Positions 1-8,725 of a stretch of 64,000 nt of DNA are shown here, piece after piece. The position numbers and the translations under genes were made by a program. Positions within the stretch are counted from its first letter, which is position 1, and every line of letters starts with the position of its first letter. The notes beneath the pieces are model-generated. The model worked only from the letters and a program-made list of their open reading frames with translations. It did not search any database and was not told the origin of the DNA. This stretch comes from an uncultured Opitutales bacterium (GTDB lineage: Bacteria; Myxococcota_A; UBA9160; SMWR01): NCBI GenBank assembly GCA_964194865.1, contig CAXMOC010000255.1:3090-67089 (forward strand), read 5' to 3'.

Positions 1-207
1 GGCGAATGCGTGCAGCTGGAGCCCGGGTTCGAGCCCGAGGCGGTTCGCGCTTTGTCGCGCAGTTGGGCGATCAACGAGTGGAGTGAGCGGAATCTCTACT
101 TCGGTGGGGTTCACGCCGTGGGGGGTGAGGAGGCCGCGGGCGACCCGCGACGCGAGGGGGCCGCCGGTCGGGTACTCGATGCCAGCAGTCGGGAGGGCCC
201 GTGCTAG
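1..207 (+). CDS. gamma-glutamyltransferase-family protein, C-terminal fragment (5' part lies outside the window)
   Basis: The frame is open to the window edge. The tail NLYFGGVHAV...AAGDPRREGAAG resembles the conserved GGT small-subunit C-terminus. The TAG stop at 205-207 shares a CTAG with the convergent stop of the next gene. Confidence 0.45.
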   Translation, partial: GECVQLEPGFEPEAVRALSRSWAINEWSERNLYFGGVHAVGGEEAAGDPRREGAAGRVLDASSREGPC

Positions 208-1493
208 CGGATGAGACCCATCTCGCGACCGACCGCCGCGAAGGCTTGAAGCGCCCAGTCGAGGTGTTCGTGGGTGTGGGTCGCCATGTAGGAAGTTCTC
301 AGCATGGCGCGCCCCGCAGGGACCGCCGGCGAGACGACGGGGTTGGCAAAGACCCCGTGCGCCTCGAGCTTGCCGGTCATCGCAAAGGCCGCGAGGTCTT
401 CCCCGATGAGCAGCGGAATCACGGGTGACGCGGATTGGCCCGTGTCGAAGCCCAGGGTCTCGAGCTCCCGCTTCATGAAACGGGTGTTCTCCCAGAGCGT
501 CTTACGACGCTGGGGCTCCCGCTCGACGATCTCCAGCGCCTTGATCGCCGCAGCGACGGATGGGGGCGGGGGAGCGGCAGAGAAAATCTCGGCGCGGGCC
601 TCGTGCCGGATGTAGTCGATGACCTCGGCATTCCCGGCGATGAAGCCGCCGACGGTCGCCAAGGACTTCGAGAACGTTCCCATCAGCAGGTCGACGCTGT
701 CTTCGAGACCGAAGTGCTCTGGGGTGCCCCGCCCGTGTTCGCCAAAGACGCCCAGCCCATGGGCATCGTCGACCATCAGGCGAGCGCCGTAGCGATTCTT
801 GAGCTCGACGATCTCCGGAAGGATGGCGACGTCCCCTTCCATGGAGAAGACGCCGTCGACGATGATCATCTTGCCCTTCTCGGCAGGGCAGTTTGCCAGC
901 TTCTTCTCCAGATCCGACGCCTCGTTGTGGCGGAACTTGTAGGTCTTGGCGAAACCGAGCCGGCAGCCGTCGATGATGCTCGCGTGATCGAGGCTGTCGA
1001 GTAGGGCGACATCCGAGCGACCGAGCAGACAGGAGAGGACGCCCAGGTTGGCTTGGAAGCCGGTAGAGAACGTCAGAACAGCTTCGCGTCCCAGGAATTC
1101 GGCGAGGTGCTCCTCGAGCTGGAGGTGGAGGTCGAGGGTTCCGTTGAGCAGCCGCGAGCCCGCGCAGCCGGTCCCGTACATGGCGAGCGCCACCGCTGCC
1201 GCTTCCTTGACCTCGGGGTGATTGGTGAGTCCGAGGTAGTTGTTGGAGCCCAGCATCACCAGCTCCTGATCCAGGTAGGTGACGACCGGGTCCTGGCCGG
1301 ATGAGATGGCGCGGTAGTACGGGTAGATACCAGCGTCTCGGACCTGGGCGTAGTACTCCGCCGACTCGGCGCACTTTTGGAATATGTCCACTCGATGGCC
1401 TCCATGGCGCGAGACGGCGGGACGGCTCTCGATCGATGCCTGGGGTGCTACCCCTGGGTCTCTCGATCGTCCGGGTCGACCGCAGTCCGTCAC
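204..1493 (-). CDS. PLP-dependent alpha-oxoamine synthase, serine palmitoyltransferase-like (SPT/AONS/KBL family)
   Basis: 429-codon ORF with family motifs GSNNYLGL, GTGCAGSRLLNGT, FSTGFQANLG, DSLDHASIIDG, KFRHN, MVDDAHGLG, GTFSKS (PLP lysine) and an SPT-like C-terminus RTSYMATHT. The first ~34 codons are Arg/Pro-rich, so the true start may be the in-frame GTG at 1391. Confidence 0.8.
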   Translation of the reverse strand: MTDCGRPGRSRDPGVAPQASIESRPAVSRHGGHRVDIFQKCAESAEYYAQVRDAGIYPYYRAISSGQDPVVTYLDQELVMLGSNNYLGLTNHPEVKEAAAVALAMYGTGCAGSRLLNGTLDLHLQLEEHLAEFLGREAVLTFSTGFQANLGVLSCLLGRSDVALLDSLDHASIIDGCRLGFAKTYKFRHNEASDLEKKLANCPAEKGKMIIVDGVFSMEGDVAILPEIVELKNRYGARLMVDDAHGLGVFGEHGRGTPEHFGLEDSVDLLMGTFSKSLATVGGFIAGNAEVIDYIRHEARAEIFSAAPPPPSVAAAIKALEIVEREPQRRKTLWENTRFMKRELETLGFDTGQSASPVIPLLIGEDLAAFAMTGKLEAHGVFANPVVSPAVPAGRAMLRTSYMATHTHEHLDWALQAFAAVGREMGLIR

Positions 1494-1846
1494 GCGACCC
1501 GACTTTGCAGCTCGAGCTGCGATGGGCTCACCACGCCGTTCTGTGTCCGTCCGCTCGTGGGGGAGTGGGTTTTCTCGGGGGCGATTCGCTTCCGAACGAC
1601 TTCTCAGTCATTGGAATCGGCGGGAGCTTAACCCACGAGCAACAAGGGTGTCATCGGTTCGATTTCCCGCGGGGATTTCAAATGGGTCATTTTCACCTCA
1701 AATTAGAGCCTCAGGCTGCCGAAATGCTGGACTGGGACGAGTCCCCCCTATAGACTCGCCAGCGCAGCGGACACTTTCCCCGCAAGCTCGGGCAGGGGGC
1801 GAGACCGAGCGGCGCTTGGCGCCTATCCGTTCAATCCGGAGTCCAG

Positions 1847-2662
1847 ATGCGAATGGCACTGTATTGCCGCGCGATCGCCCTAGGGCTTTCCGTCGTAGGG
1901 CTCGCGGCGACGCCGGCAGCAGCCTGTTCCCTGGCTGTCGAGCCGACCGCGGCAACTCCCGCGGTCGAGGCGGCTCCGATCCCGGCAGCCGTCGATGACT
2001 TCGAGTATGACCCGCTCTTCGAAGACTTCCTCGAGGAAGCTTCGCCCGCCAACGACCCGTTCGAAGGTACGAACCGGGCGTTTCTGAAATTCAATCGGGG
2101 TTTCGATCGGTTCTTGCTGTCTCCGATGACTCGCGGGTATCGGTTCGTGGTTCCAGAGCCCGCACGCAAGGGGCTGCGTCGGATGTTCATCAATCTCAAC
2201 TCCCCTTCCATCCTCGTCAACGATTTGTTGCAGCTGCGCTTCAAGGACGCGGGCCAGACCTTCGGGCGTTTCCTTCTCAACACGACGCTCGGCGTCGGTG
2301 GCCTGATGGATGTGGGCGTGGCAGCAGGCTGGGAGCACCACGATGCCGACTTCGGCCAGACACTGGCCAAGCTCGGGGTCGGGCATGGCCCCTATCTGGT
2401 GCTGCCGATTCTGGGGCCGAACACGCTTCGCGATGGCCTGGGTGACATCGTGGACGTGGCCTTTCAGCCGTTGACCTATCTGATCGGTCCGACGACGAAC
2501 ATCGTGATCGGGACGGGCAGCGGTTTCACCACTCTGGAAGCGATGAGTCCGGCGATGAAGGCGCTCGAGGAGTCGTCGGTCGACTTCTACGCTGCGCTGC
2601 GAAGCGCGTATCTTCAGAATCGCGACGCCCAGATCTGGCAAGACACCGGCCGCTGGAACTGA
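1847..2662 (+). CDS. mlaA: MlaA/VacJ-family outer-membrane lipoprotein
   Basis: N-terminal signal with a lipobox-like ...ATPAAAC. VacJ core NRAFLKFNRGFDRFLLSPMTRGYRFVVP, LNSPSILVNDLLQ, LLNTTLGVGGLMDVG, GPYLVLPILGP. Confidence 0.8.
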   Translation: MRMALYCRAIALGLSVVGLAATPAAACSLAVEPTAATPAVEAAPIPAAVDDFEYDPLFEDFLEEASPANDPFEGTNRAFLKFNRGFDRFLLSPMTRGYRFVVPEPARKGLRRMFINLNSPSILVNDLLQLRFKDAGQTFGRFLLNTTLGVGGLMDVGVAAGWEHHDADFGQTLAKLGVGHGPYLVLPILGPNTLRDGLGDIVDVAFQPLTYLIGPTTNIVIGTGSGFTTLEAMSPAMKALEESSVDFYAALRSAYLQNRDAQIWQDTGRWN

Positions 2663-2731
2663 GCATCCCCCGAGCCCCGTGCCCGACTGGGGCCGCCGCG
2701 GCCGATCCGATCCGCAAGATTGCGATGGCGT

Positions 2732-3541
2732 TCAGGAAGGTCGATCAGGCGTCTTGCCGTCGGCCAAATCGTGGATTCGCTCGTCGAGAGCCACGAGCAG
2801 GGCGGCGAATCCCTCACGCTTGATCAACGATGAATATTCGGAGCGCCGAAGGGCGAGCTCGCTGACGGTCCCGTTCAGATAGACGTCGATGATGCGCCAG
2901 CCACCCTCGGCCGGTCGCAGGCGGTAATTCAGCTGTACGGCGTCGCCGTTCGGCTCCACCAGACGGCTGTGGACCAGGATGGTGCCGTGCGCCGAAACCT
3001 CTTCCTTGACGGTTTCGAAGATCTGGTCCGAGTAGCCGTCGAAACGCCCAGCGTAGTTGGCGACGGTGAAACGACCAAAGGTCGTGAGGAGTCTGGCACG
3101 ATCCTCGTCGCCAGCCTTTCTCCAGTGCCGTCCCACCGATTTCTCGGCCATGAACGGGATGTCGAAGAGCTGATTGAGCACGGGCTCCAGCTGCCGAAAG
3201 CGACCCTCGTAACCGAGTTCGTCGGCAGCCTTCATCACGCCGATCAACTGTTCGTGAAGCGTGTCGACCACGGCCGTTGGCTCGCCGCCCACGCTGGCTT
3301 CATCAGTCACTGCCGCGGCATCCGCCGCCGGCTGGGATTCCGCGACCGCATCCGATTCGGCTGCCGCTACCGGAACCGCGACCGCATCCGCTTCGGCTGC
3401 TGCCACAGGATCCACAACCGCCTCCGTGTCCGCGACAGCGTCGCTGGCAGGCGAGGGCCCAACCCACAGGGCGGCCATCAGGCTGAACCCAACTTGAAGC
3501 GGTGTTGTCCGAACCTTCACCGGGGTCCCCCCCTCTGACAA
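2732..3541 (-). CDS. MlaC/Ttg2D-family periplasmic lipid-binding protein (HpnM-like)
   Basis: Signal-like N-terminus (GFSLMAALWVGPSPA), then an Ala/Asp/Val-rich linker. The Ttg2D-type core follows: FDIPFMAEKSVGRHWRKA, FGRFTVANYAGRFDGY, LNYRLR...GGWRIIDVYLNGTVSELALRRSEY. It is convergent with the RND gene. Confidence 0.7.
   Translation of the reverse strand: MSEGGTPVKVRTTPLQVGFSLMAALWVGPSPASDAVADTEAVVDPVAAAEADAVAVPVAAAESDAVAESQPAADAAAVTDEASVGGEPTAVVDTLHEQLIGVMKAADELGYEGRFRQLEPVLNQLFDIPFMAEKSVGRHWRKAGDEDRARLLTTFGRFTVANYAGRFDGYSDQIFETVKEEVSAHGTILVHSRLVEPNGDAVQLNYRLRPAEGGWRIIDVYLNGTVSELALRRSEYSSLIKREGFAALLVALDERIHDLADGKTPDRPS
3341..3412. repeat. 36-bp tandem duplication (2 copies, about 31/36 identical) inside the HpnM-like coding region
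   Basis: cgcgaccgcatccgattcggctgccgctaccggaac (3341-3376) is followed by cgcgaccgcatccgcttcggctgctgccacaggatc (3377-3412). The duplication is in frame (12 codons each) and encodes the Ala/Asp/Val-rich linker after the signal peptide. Confidence 0.7.
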
Positions 3542-3631
3542 GAGCGAGAAGTTGCAGACAGCCCGCCGACGACTTCTCGCCGCCGAGTCTAGCGAAGGTT
3601 CCGCTAGACTCCGGAGCCGTTACTTGCCGGC

Positions 3632-6340
3632 GTGGTTGGCGCCGCTCCCAGGAGAAATCAGCGGATCGTGAACTCGATCGAAGCCACGATCGGTCGGCTG
3701 CTCGCTCGATGGGTGGCCGCAGTGCACCGGCACGCGGTCTGGGTGACGGTGGCCATGGTTCTCGTGACCGTGGCACTGGTTTTCTACGTCGTCGGTGGCC
3801 TGGGCATTCAGGGCGACACAGGGTCGCTGTTCTCCAAGGACCTCCCCTTCAAGCAGATCGAACGCCGCTATCACGAGGCGTTTCCCATGCTCTACGAGAA
3901 CATGTTCGTCGTGGTGGACGCGCCGACACCAGAGCGAGCCGGGGAGGCCGCCTCCTTGCTGGCCGCCCGCCTGGAGGCCGAGCCGCATCGGTTCCACCGG
4001 GCCTATCTGCCGGGCGGGGGCGAGTTCTTCGAGAACCACGCCTTTCTATATCTGGCTACGGACGATCTCGACGATCTCGCCGACCGGCTGGCCGTCGCTC
4101 AGCCCTACCTCGCTGAGCTTTCCCGAGACGGCACGCTGCGCGGCCTGGTCTCGCTGATGGCCCGTGGCGGCCGCGCGGTGCGGGAAGGCGACGTAGGCAG
4201 CGATCAGCTCGAGGCGCTCTTCCAGCGCTTCTCCGAAGCTTTGGCGGCGCGGCTCGAGGGCCAACCCTTCAATCTCTCCTGGGCCGAGATCGTGGCCGAC
4301 AACGAGTTCGACATCGACTCACGGCGCCGCTTCTTGCTGGTTCAGCCAGTCCTCGAGTTCAACGAGCTCCAGCCGGCCAAGAAGTCGATCCTGGCCGTAC
4401 GCGAGATTGCCAGTGAGCTCGGTCTGACTCCCGAATCCGGCGTGCGGGTACGGATCACGGGTGATGTGGCGCTCTCCTTCGAAGAGATGGAGGTGTTGCG
4501 AACCCAGGCGGTCGGTGCGGGGATCGCATCGCTCTTCCTGGTGGCCATCATCTTGATGCTGGGGCTGCGCTCGATTCACCTGGTTCTGTCGACGCTCGTC
4601 ACACTGGTCGTCGGTCTGATCTGGACTGCTGCGTTCACCACTGCTGCCATTGGCCACCTGAATATGATCTCCGTCTGCTTCGCGGTTCTCTTCATTGGCC
4701 TCGGTGTCGACTTCGGGATTCACCTTTGTGTTCGCTATCGCGAGCTGCTGGCCAACGGGCGAGAGCACTCGGCGGCTCTGGTCGAAACCTCTCGAGACGT
4801 GGGAAGCTCGATCTTCCTGTGCGCGGTGACGACCGCGGTCGGCTTCTTCGCTTTCGTGCCCACGGACTTCGTCGGCGTTGCGGAGCTCGGCCTGATCTCT
4901 GGAACCGGAATGTTCATCAGCCTGTTTTGCAATCTGACGCTGCTGCCGGCGCTGCTCAGCCTGCCTCCGGTTCCGATCGGTCGCGCGACGAGCGGCGGCG
5001 TGGCGTGGTCGAGTGACGGGTTGGCGGGCCTGCCGCTGCGCCATCCGCGGGTAGTTCGGGGGGCGGCGCTGATCCTGGGTGCCGGAGCCGTGCTGTTGTT
5101 GCCCCAGGCGCGTTTCGACAACAACCCGCTTCGGGTGCGCGACCCCTCGAGCGAATCGGTGCGGACCTTCAACGAGCTGTTGGAGAGAGGGACCTCGTCC
5201 CCGTGGACCCTGAATGCGGTTGTCCCCAGCCTGGAGTCTGCAGAGATGCTGGCGGAGCGCCTCCGGGAACTCGATGTCGTGGAGCGAGTGGTCACGGTGT
5301 CCGACTACGTTCCCGAAGACCAGGACCAGAAGCTCGACATCATCGAAGACGTAGCGATGTTCCTGGCCCCACCTCCGGGCCCCGACGGCGAGGTACGGGC
5401 GCCGTCGTTCGCCAATCAGGTGGGTGCACTCCGGGACCTCGAGCGCGAAATCGGCCGGCTGCTGGAGGAGGGCGAGCAATCGCCGCTGACGACCAGCGCG
5501 GCGGAGCTCCAGCCCATGCTGGTTCGCTACCTGAACGAGCTCGAGGGGTCTCCCGAAGCCGTCGAAGAGATCGAGCAGCTCCAGCTAAGCCTGATGGGTT
5601 CGCTGCCCGAGCAGCTGAGGATGCTCAATGCAGCACTCTCAGCCGGTCGCGTCACGCTCCAGAAGCTCCCCGACACCATTTTGGAGCGCATGATCACGGC
5701 CGACGGGCGCGTGCGAATCCAGATCTATCCGCGCCACGACCTGAATGACCACGCGGCTCTGGCAGCCTTCGTGGACTCCGTCAAGACGGTGACTCCCGAA
5801 GTGGCCGGAAGCGCATCGGAGATTCTAGAGTCGGGTCGTGCCGTGGTCCGAGCCCTGACGCAGGCGATGCTCTCTGCGTTCGTGGTGATCTCGGTATTCC
5901 TGTTGATTCTCTGGAGGCGCGTCGACGATACCGCGCTCGTCTTGATTCCCCTCTTGCTTGCCGCCACCTTGACGGTAGCCGCATCGGTGTTGCTGGATAT
6001 TCCATTCAACTTCGCAGACGTGATCGTGCTGCCCTTGTTGTTGGGAATCGGCGTCGATAGTGGCATCCATCTGGTGCATCGCGCGCGGGTCGCCCCCGAC
6101 GGGGGCGCGCACCTGCTCGGTACGAGCACCGCGCGCGCCGTCGCCTTCAGCGCGATGACGACGATCGCGAGCTTCGGAAGCCTCGGCTTCGCGACCCACC
6201 TGGGAATGGCAACGCTGGGGCAGTTGCTCACCCTGGGTGTGGGGTTCACGATCGTCTGCAATCTGATCGTGTTGCCAGCGCTGATCCGACTGCGCCCGGT
6301 CCGCCCGGAGCTCGTGGCGTCGCGATCCCGGGCCGCCTAG
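3632..6340 (+). CDS. RND/MMPL-superfamily lipid exporter, HpnN-like
   Basis: 902-codon ORF with two hydrophobic multi-helix blocks separated by large soluble domains (RND topology). The transmembrane signatures are duplicated: FIGLGVDFGIHLCVRY and LLGIGVDSGIHLVHR. Size and layout match the hopanoid-associated HpnN group. An alternative in-frame start is the GTG at 3668. Confidence 0.75.
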   Translation: MVGAAPRRNQRIVNSIEATIGRLLARWVAAVHRHAVWVTVAMVLVTVALVFYVVGGLGIQGDTGSLFSKDLPFKQIERRYHEAFPMLYENMFVVVDAPTPERAGEAASLLAARLEAEPHRFHRAYLPGGGEFFENHAFLYLATDDLDDLADRLAVAQPYLAELSRDGTLRGLVSLMARGGRAVREGDVGSDQLEALFQRFSEALAARLEGQPFNLSWAEIVADNEFDIDSRRRFLLVQPVLEFNELQPAKKSILAVREIASELGLTPESGVRVRITGDVALSFEEMEVLRTQAVGAGIASLFLVAIILMLGLRSIHLVLSTLVTLVVGLIWTAAFTTAAIGHLNMISVCFAVLFIGLGVDFGIHLCVRYRELLANGREHSAALVETSRDVGSSIFLCAVTTAVGFFAFVPTDFVGVAELGLISGTGMFISLFCNLTLLPALLSLPPVPIGRATSGGVAWSSDGLAGLPLRHPRVVRGAALILGAGAVLLLPQARFDNNPLRVRDPSSESVRTFNELLERGTSSPWTLNAVVPSLESAEMLAERLRELDVVERVVTVSDYVPEDQDQKLDIIEDVAMFLAPPPGPDGEVRAPSFANQVGALRDLEREIGRLLEEGEQSPLTTSAAELQPMLVRYLNELEGSPEAVEEIEQLQLSLMGSLPEQLRMLNAALSAGRVTLQKLPDTILERMITADGRVRIQIYPRHDLNDHAALAAFVDSVKTVTPEVAGSASEILESGRAVVRALTQAMLSAFVVISVFLLILWRRVDDTALVLIPLLLAATLTVAASVLLDIPFNFADVIVLPLLLGIGVDSGIHLVHRARVAPDGGAHLLGTSTARAVAFSAMTTIASFGSLGFATHLGMATLGQLLTLGVGFTIVCNLIVLPALIRLRPVRPELVASRSRAA

Positions 6341-6361
6341 GTCGTCCGCGTTCTCCTACGC

Positions 6362-7219
6362 CTACGCGAGGACGAAGGCGTTCACGGCATCTCGGAAGCC
6401 ATCGGGGTTGTCCGTCATGACCGAATGGCCGGCCTGGGCGATCACAGCGAGTCTGCCTTTGCCGAGAACTTCGTCGACCATCTGGTCTGCGGTCTCGGGC
6501 GAGAGAATGTCGGAGGCGGCGCCACGCACCACGAGTGTTGGAGAAGTGACCCGCCCCAATGCTTCCCATTGGGCCTCGGGTGAAGACCCGTCGGCATCCA
6601 GCCTTGCAGGATCTCGATCCCCGAAGACCCCGCGCAGGGCCGGATCCATCTTGAGCTCGAGTCGACCCTCGGCGTTCGGCCGCAACCCATAACGCGCCAT
6701 GCGCGTCAGGGCCTGGGGCTTCGCGGCCGGATAGGCGAGTGAGAGCGCCGTCGCGTACTCACTCTCGGAACCGAAAGTCGGCGTTGGGTCGCTCTCGACG
6801 TCTTGACGAATCCGCGTCGTGCCGCGGGCGTCGACATCGGGCCCGATGTCGACGAGCACCAATCCCGCCAGCTTCTGGGGCTGGCGGCCCGCGAACAAGG
6901 TGGCGATCCGACCGCCGAGTGAATGGCCGACGAGCACGAGACGTTCGATTTCCAGCGCCTCGAGCACGGCCTGCACATCGTCGACCATGTCGATATGTCC
7001 GTAACGCAGCTCCGGATCCCAGTCGGAATCTCCGTGTCCGCGGTGATCGAGCGCCAGGGTGCGGTAGGACGCCGCCACTTCGGGCGCGTAATCGTCCCAG
7101 ATGTGTGCCTCGTTGCCGAAGCCGTGGAGAAACAACAACGGCACGCCCTCTTCGCTCCACTCGAGGAGGTGAAGAGAGCATTCATGAGCGCCGGGAACGC
7201 GTCGGGATCTGGGCTCCAT
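6362..7219 (-). CDS. alpha/beta-fold hydrolase
   Basis: LLFLHGFGN oxyanion region, GHSLGG nucleophile elbow, C-terminal AGHSVMTDNP (catalytic His region). Confidence 0.8.
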   Translation of the reverse strand: MEPRSRRVPGAHECSLHLLEWSEEGVPLLFLHGFGNEAHIWDDYAPEVAASYRTLALDHRGHGDSDWDPELRYGHIDMVDDVQAVLEALEIERLVLVGHSLGGRIATLFAGRQPQKLAGLVLVDIGPDVDARGTTRIRQDVESDPTPTFGSESEYATALSLAYPAAKPQALTRMARYGLRPNAEGRLELKMDPALRGVFGDRDPARLDADGSSPEAQWEALGRVTSPTLVVRGAASDILSPETADQMVDEVLGKGRLAVIAQAGHSVMTDNPDGFRDAVNAFVLA

Positions 7220-7293
7220 GGCCCAACATCCTAACAGAGGTGGCTTGAGCGATTCACCGGGGAGTCTTCGCGACGCTCGGCCGATCGAGTCCC

Positions 7294-8703
7294 GTGCTAC
7301 GCTGCGCCGCCGTGCCCGCGCCCGATGATGTGCTCGCCGCGCTCGACCACAGGTTCGAAGCGACGTTGGAAGAGCTCGCCGATCTCGCGCGAATTCCCAG
7401 CGTCTCGGCGCCGGGCTTCGATCCCTCGCAGGTCGAAGCCTGCGCGGAGCGGGTTGCGGAACTTCTCTCCGACGTGGGTCTACACCGGGTGGAGATCCTG
7501 CGCATCGAGGGAGCCCACCCCTACGTAACGGCCGAGTGGCTCGAGGCAGGATCGGATGCTCCCACCGCGATCATCTACGCCCACCACGACGTACAGCCAC
7601 CGGGCCGACTCGAGCATTGGGTGACGCCCGCTTTTGAACCGACCCGGCGAGCCGACGGCCGCCTCTACGGCCGCGGCGTGGTGGATGACAAGGCGGGAAT
7701 CCTGCTGCATGCGGCTGCGCTCCGCGCGTGGCTCGACGCGAGGGGCGCGATTCCGATCAACGTCAAGCTGATCATCGAAGGGGAGGAGGAGATCGGCTCA
7801 GAACATCTCGCCGCCTTTCTGCGGGCTCATCGCGATCGCTTCGACGCAGACGTTCTGGTGCTCTCGGATACCGCCAACCTGGCAACGGGTGTTCCCTCGC
7901 TGACGACGAGCCTGCGCGGGTTGGTCGCGGTCGACGTGAAAGTGCGCGCCCTCGACCATCCCATTCACAGTGGAATGTGGGGAGGCCCGGTGCCGGATGC
8001 CGCAACCGCGCTGACCGTGCTTCTGGCTCGTCTGGTCGACGAGGCCGGTGAGATCGCGGTGCCAGGATTGCTTGACGACGTCCCGGAGCTCACCGAGGAG
8101 CGCCGCAACGCTCTCGACGCACTGCCGTTCGAGGAGGGCAGCTTTCGCAGCGACGCCGGGATGTCTGCCGGAGTCCGCTTCGCCGGTGATGCGCGCTACT
8201 CGGTGTATGAGAGGATCTGGCACCGCCCCTCCCTGGCGATCACGGCGTTGGAGGGCATGCCGTTGGCAACCGCGGCCAATCAACTCATCGCCGACGCCAG
8301 TGCGCGGGTGGGTGTGCGCCTGGCACCCGGTCAGGACGCCGAGCGTGTCTCTAGACTGCTGGTGGATTTTCTAGAGCGCGATCCACCCTACGGTGTGAGC
8401 GTCGAACTCGAGACCAGCGCGGCTGTTCCCGGCTGGATCACGACGCCGGAGGGGCCAGCTTTCGACGCGGCGCGCAGAGCACTCGCCGCTGGGTTCGGGC
8501 ACCCATCTGTCGAGATTGGCTGTGGCGGGTCGATTCCTTTCGTGGGCCCGTTCACCAGCGTACTGGGTGGAATACCCGCACTTCTGCTCGGTCTGGAAGA
8601 TCCGCCTTGCAACGCCCACGGGGAGAACGAAAGCCTCGACGTCGATGACTTTCGCAAGGCGGCGATGGCGTCCGCGCACCTGCTGGCCGAGCTGGGCTGC
8701 TAA
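7294..8703 (+). CDS. M20-family metallopeptidase (dipeptidase/ArgE-DapE-like)
   Basis: Motifs YAHHDVQPP, GRGVVDDKAG, IIEGEEEIGSEH, and the C-terminal NAHGENE metal-ligand region. GTG start. Confidence 0.8.
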   Translation: MLRCAAVPAPDDVLAALDHRFEATLEELADLARIPSVSAPGFDPSQVEACAERVAELLSDVGLHRVEILRIEGAHPYVTAEWLEAGSDAPTAIIYAHHDVQPPGRLEHWVTPAFEPTRRADGRLYGRGVVDDKAGILLHAAALRAWLDARGAIPINVKLIIEGEEEIGSEHLAAFLRAHRDRFDADVLVLSDTANLATGVPSLTTSLRGLVAVDVKVRALDHPIHSGMWGGPVPDAATALTVLLARLVDEAGEIAVPGLLDDVPELTEERRNALDALPFEEGSFRSDAGMSAGVRFAGDARYSVYERIWHRPSLAITALEGMPLATAANQLIADASARVGVRLAPGQDAERVSRLLVDFLERDPPYGVSVELETSAAVPGWITTPEGPAFDAARRALAAGFGHPSVEIGCGGSIPFVGPFTSVLGGIPALLLGLEDPPCNAHGENESLDVDDFRKAAMASAHLLAELGC

Positions 8704-8725
8704 CGTGGCCCCAGCAGGAGGTAGC

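Noticed and set aside
1653-1669. T-loop-like GGTTCGATTTCCC in the SPT/mlaA divergent region, and a TTCAAAT anticodon-loop-like string at 1676-1682 that would fit tRNA-Sec.
   Set aside because: The flanking bases do not pair into a T-stem, an anticodon stem or an acceptor stem, and no cloverleaf can be drawn. It is probably coincidental.
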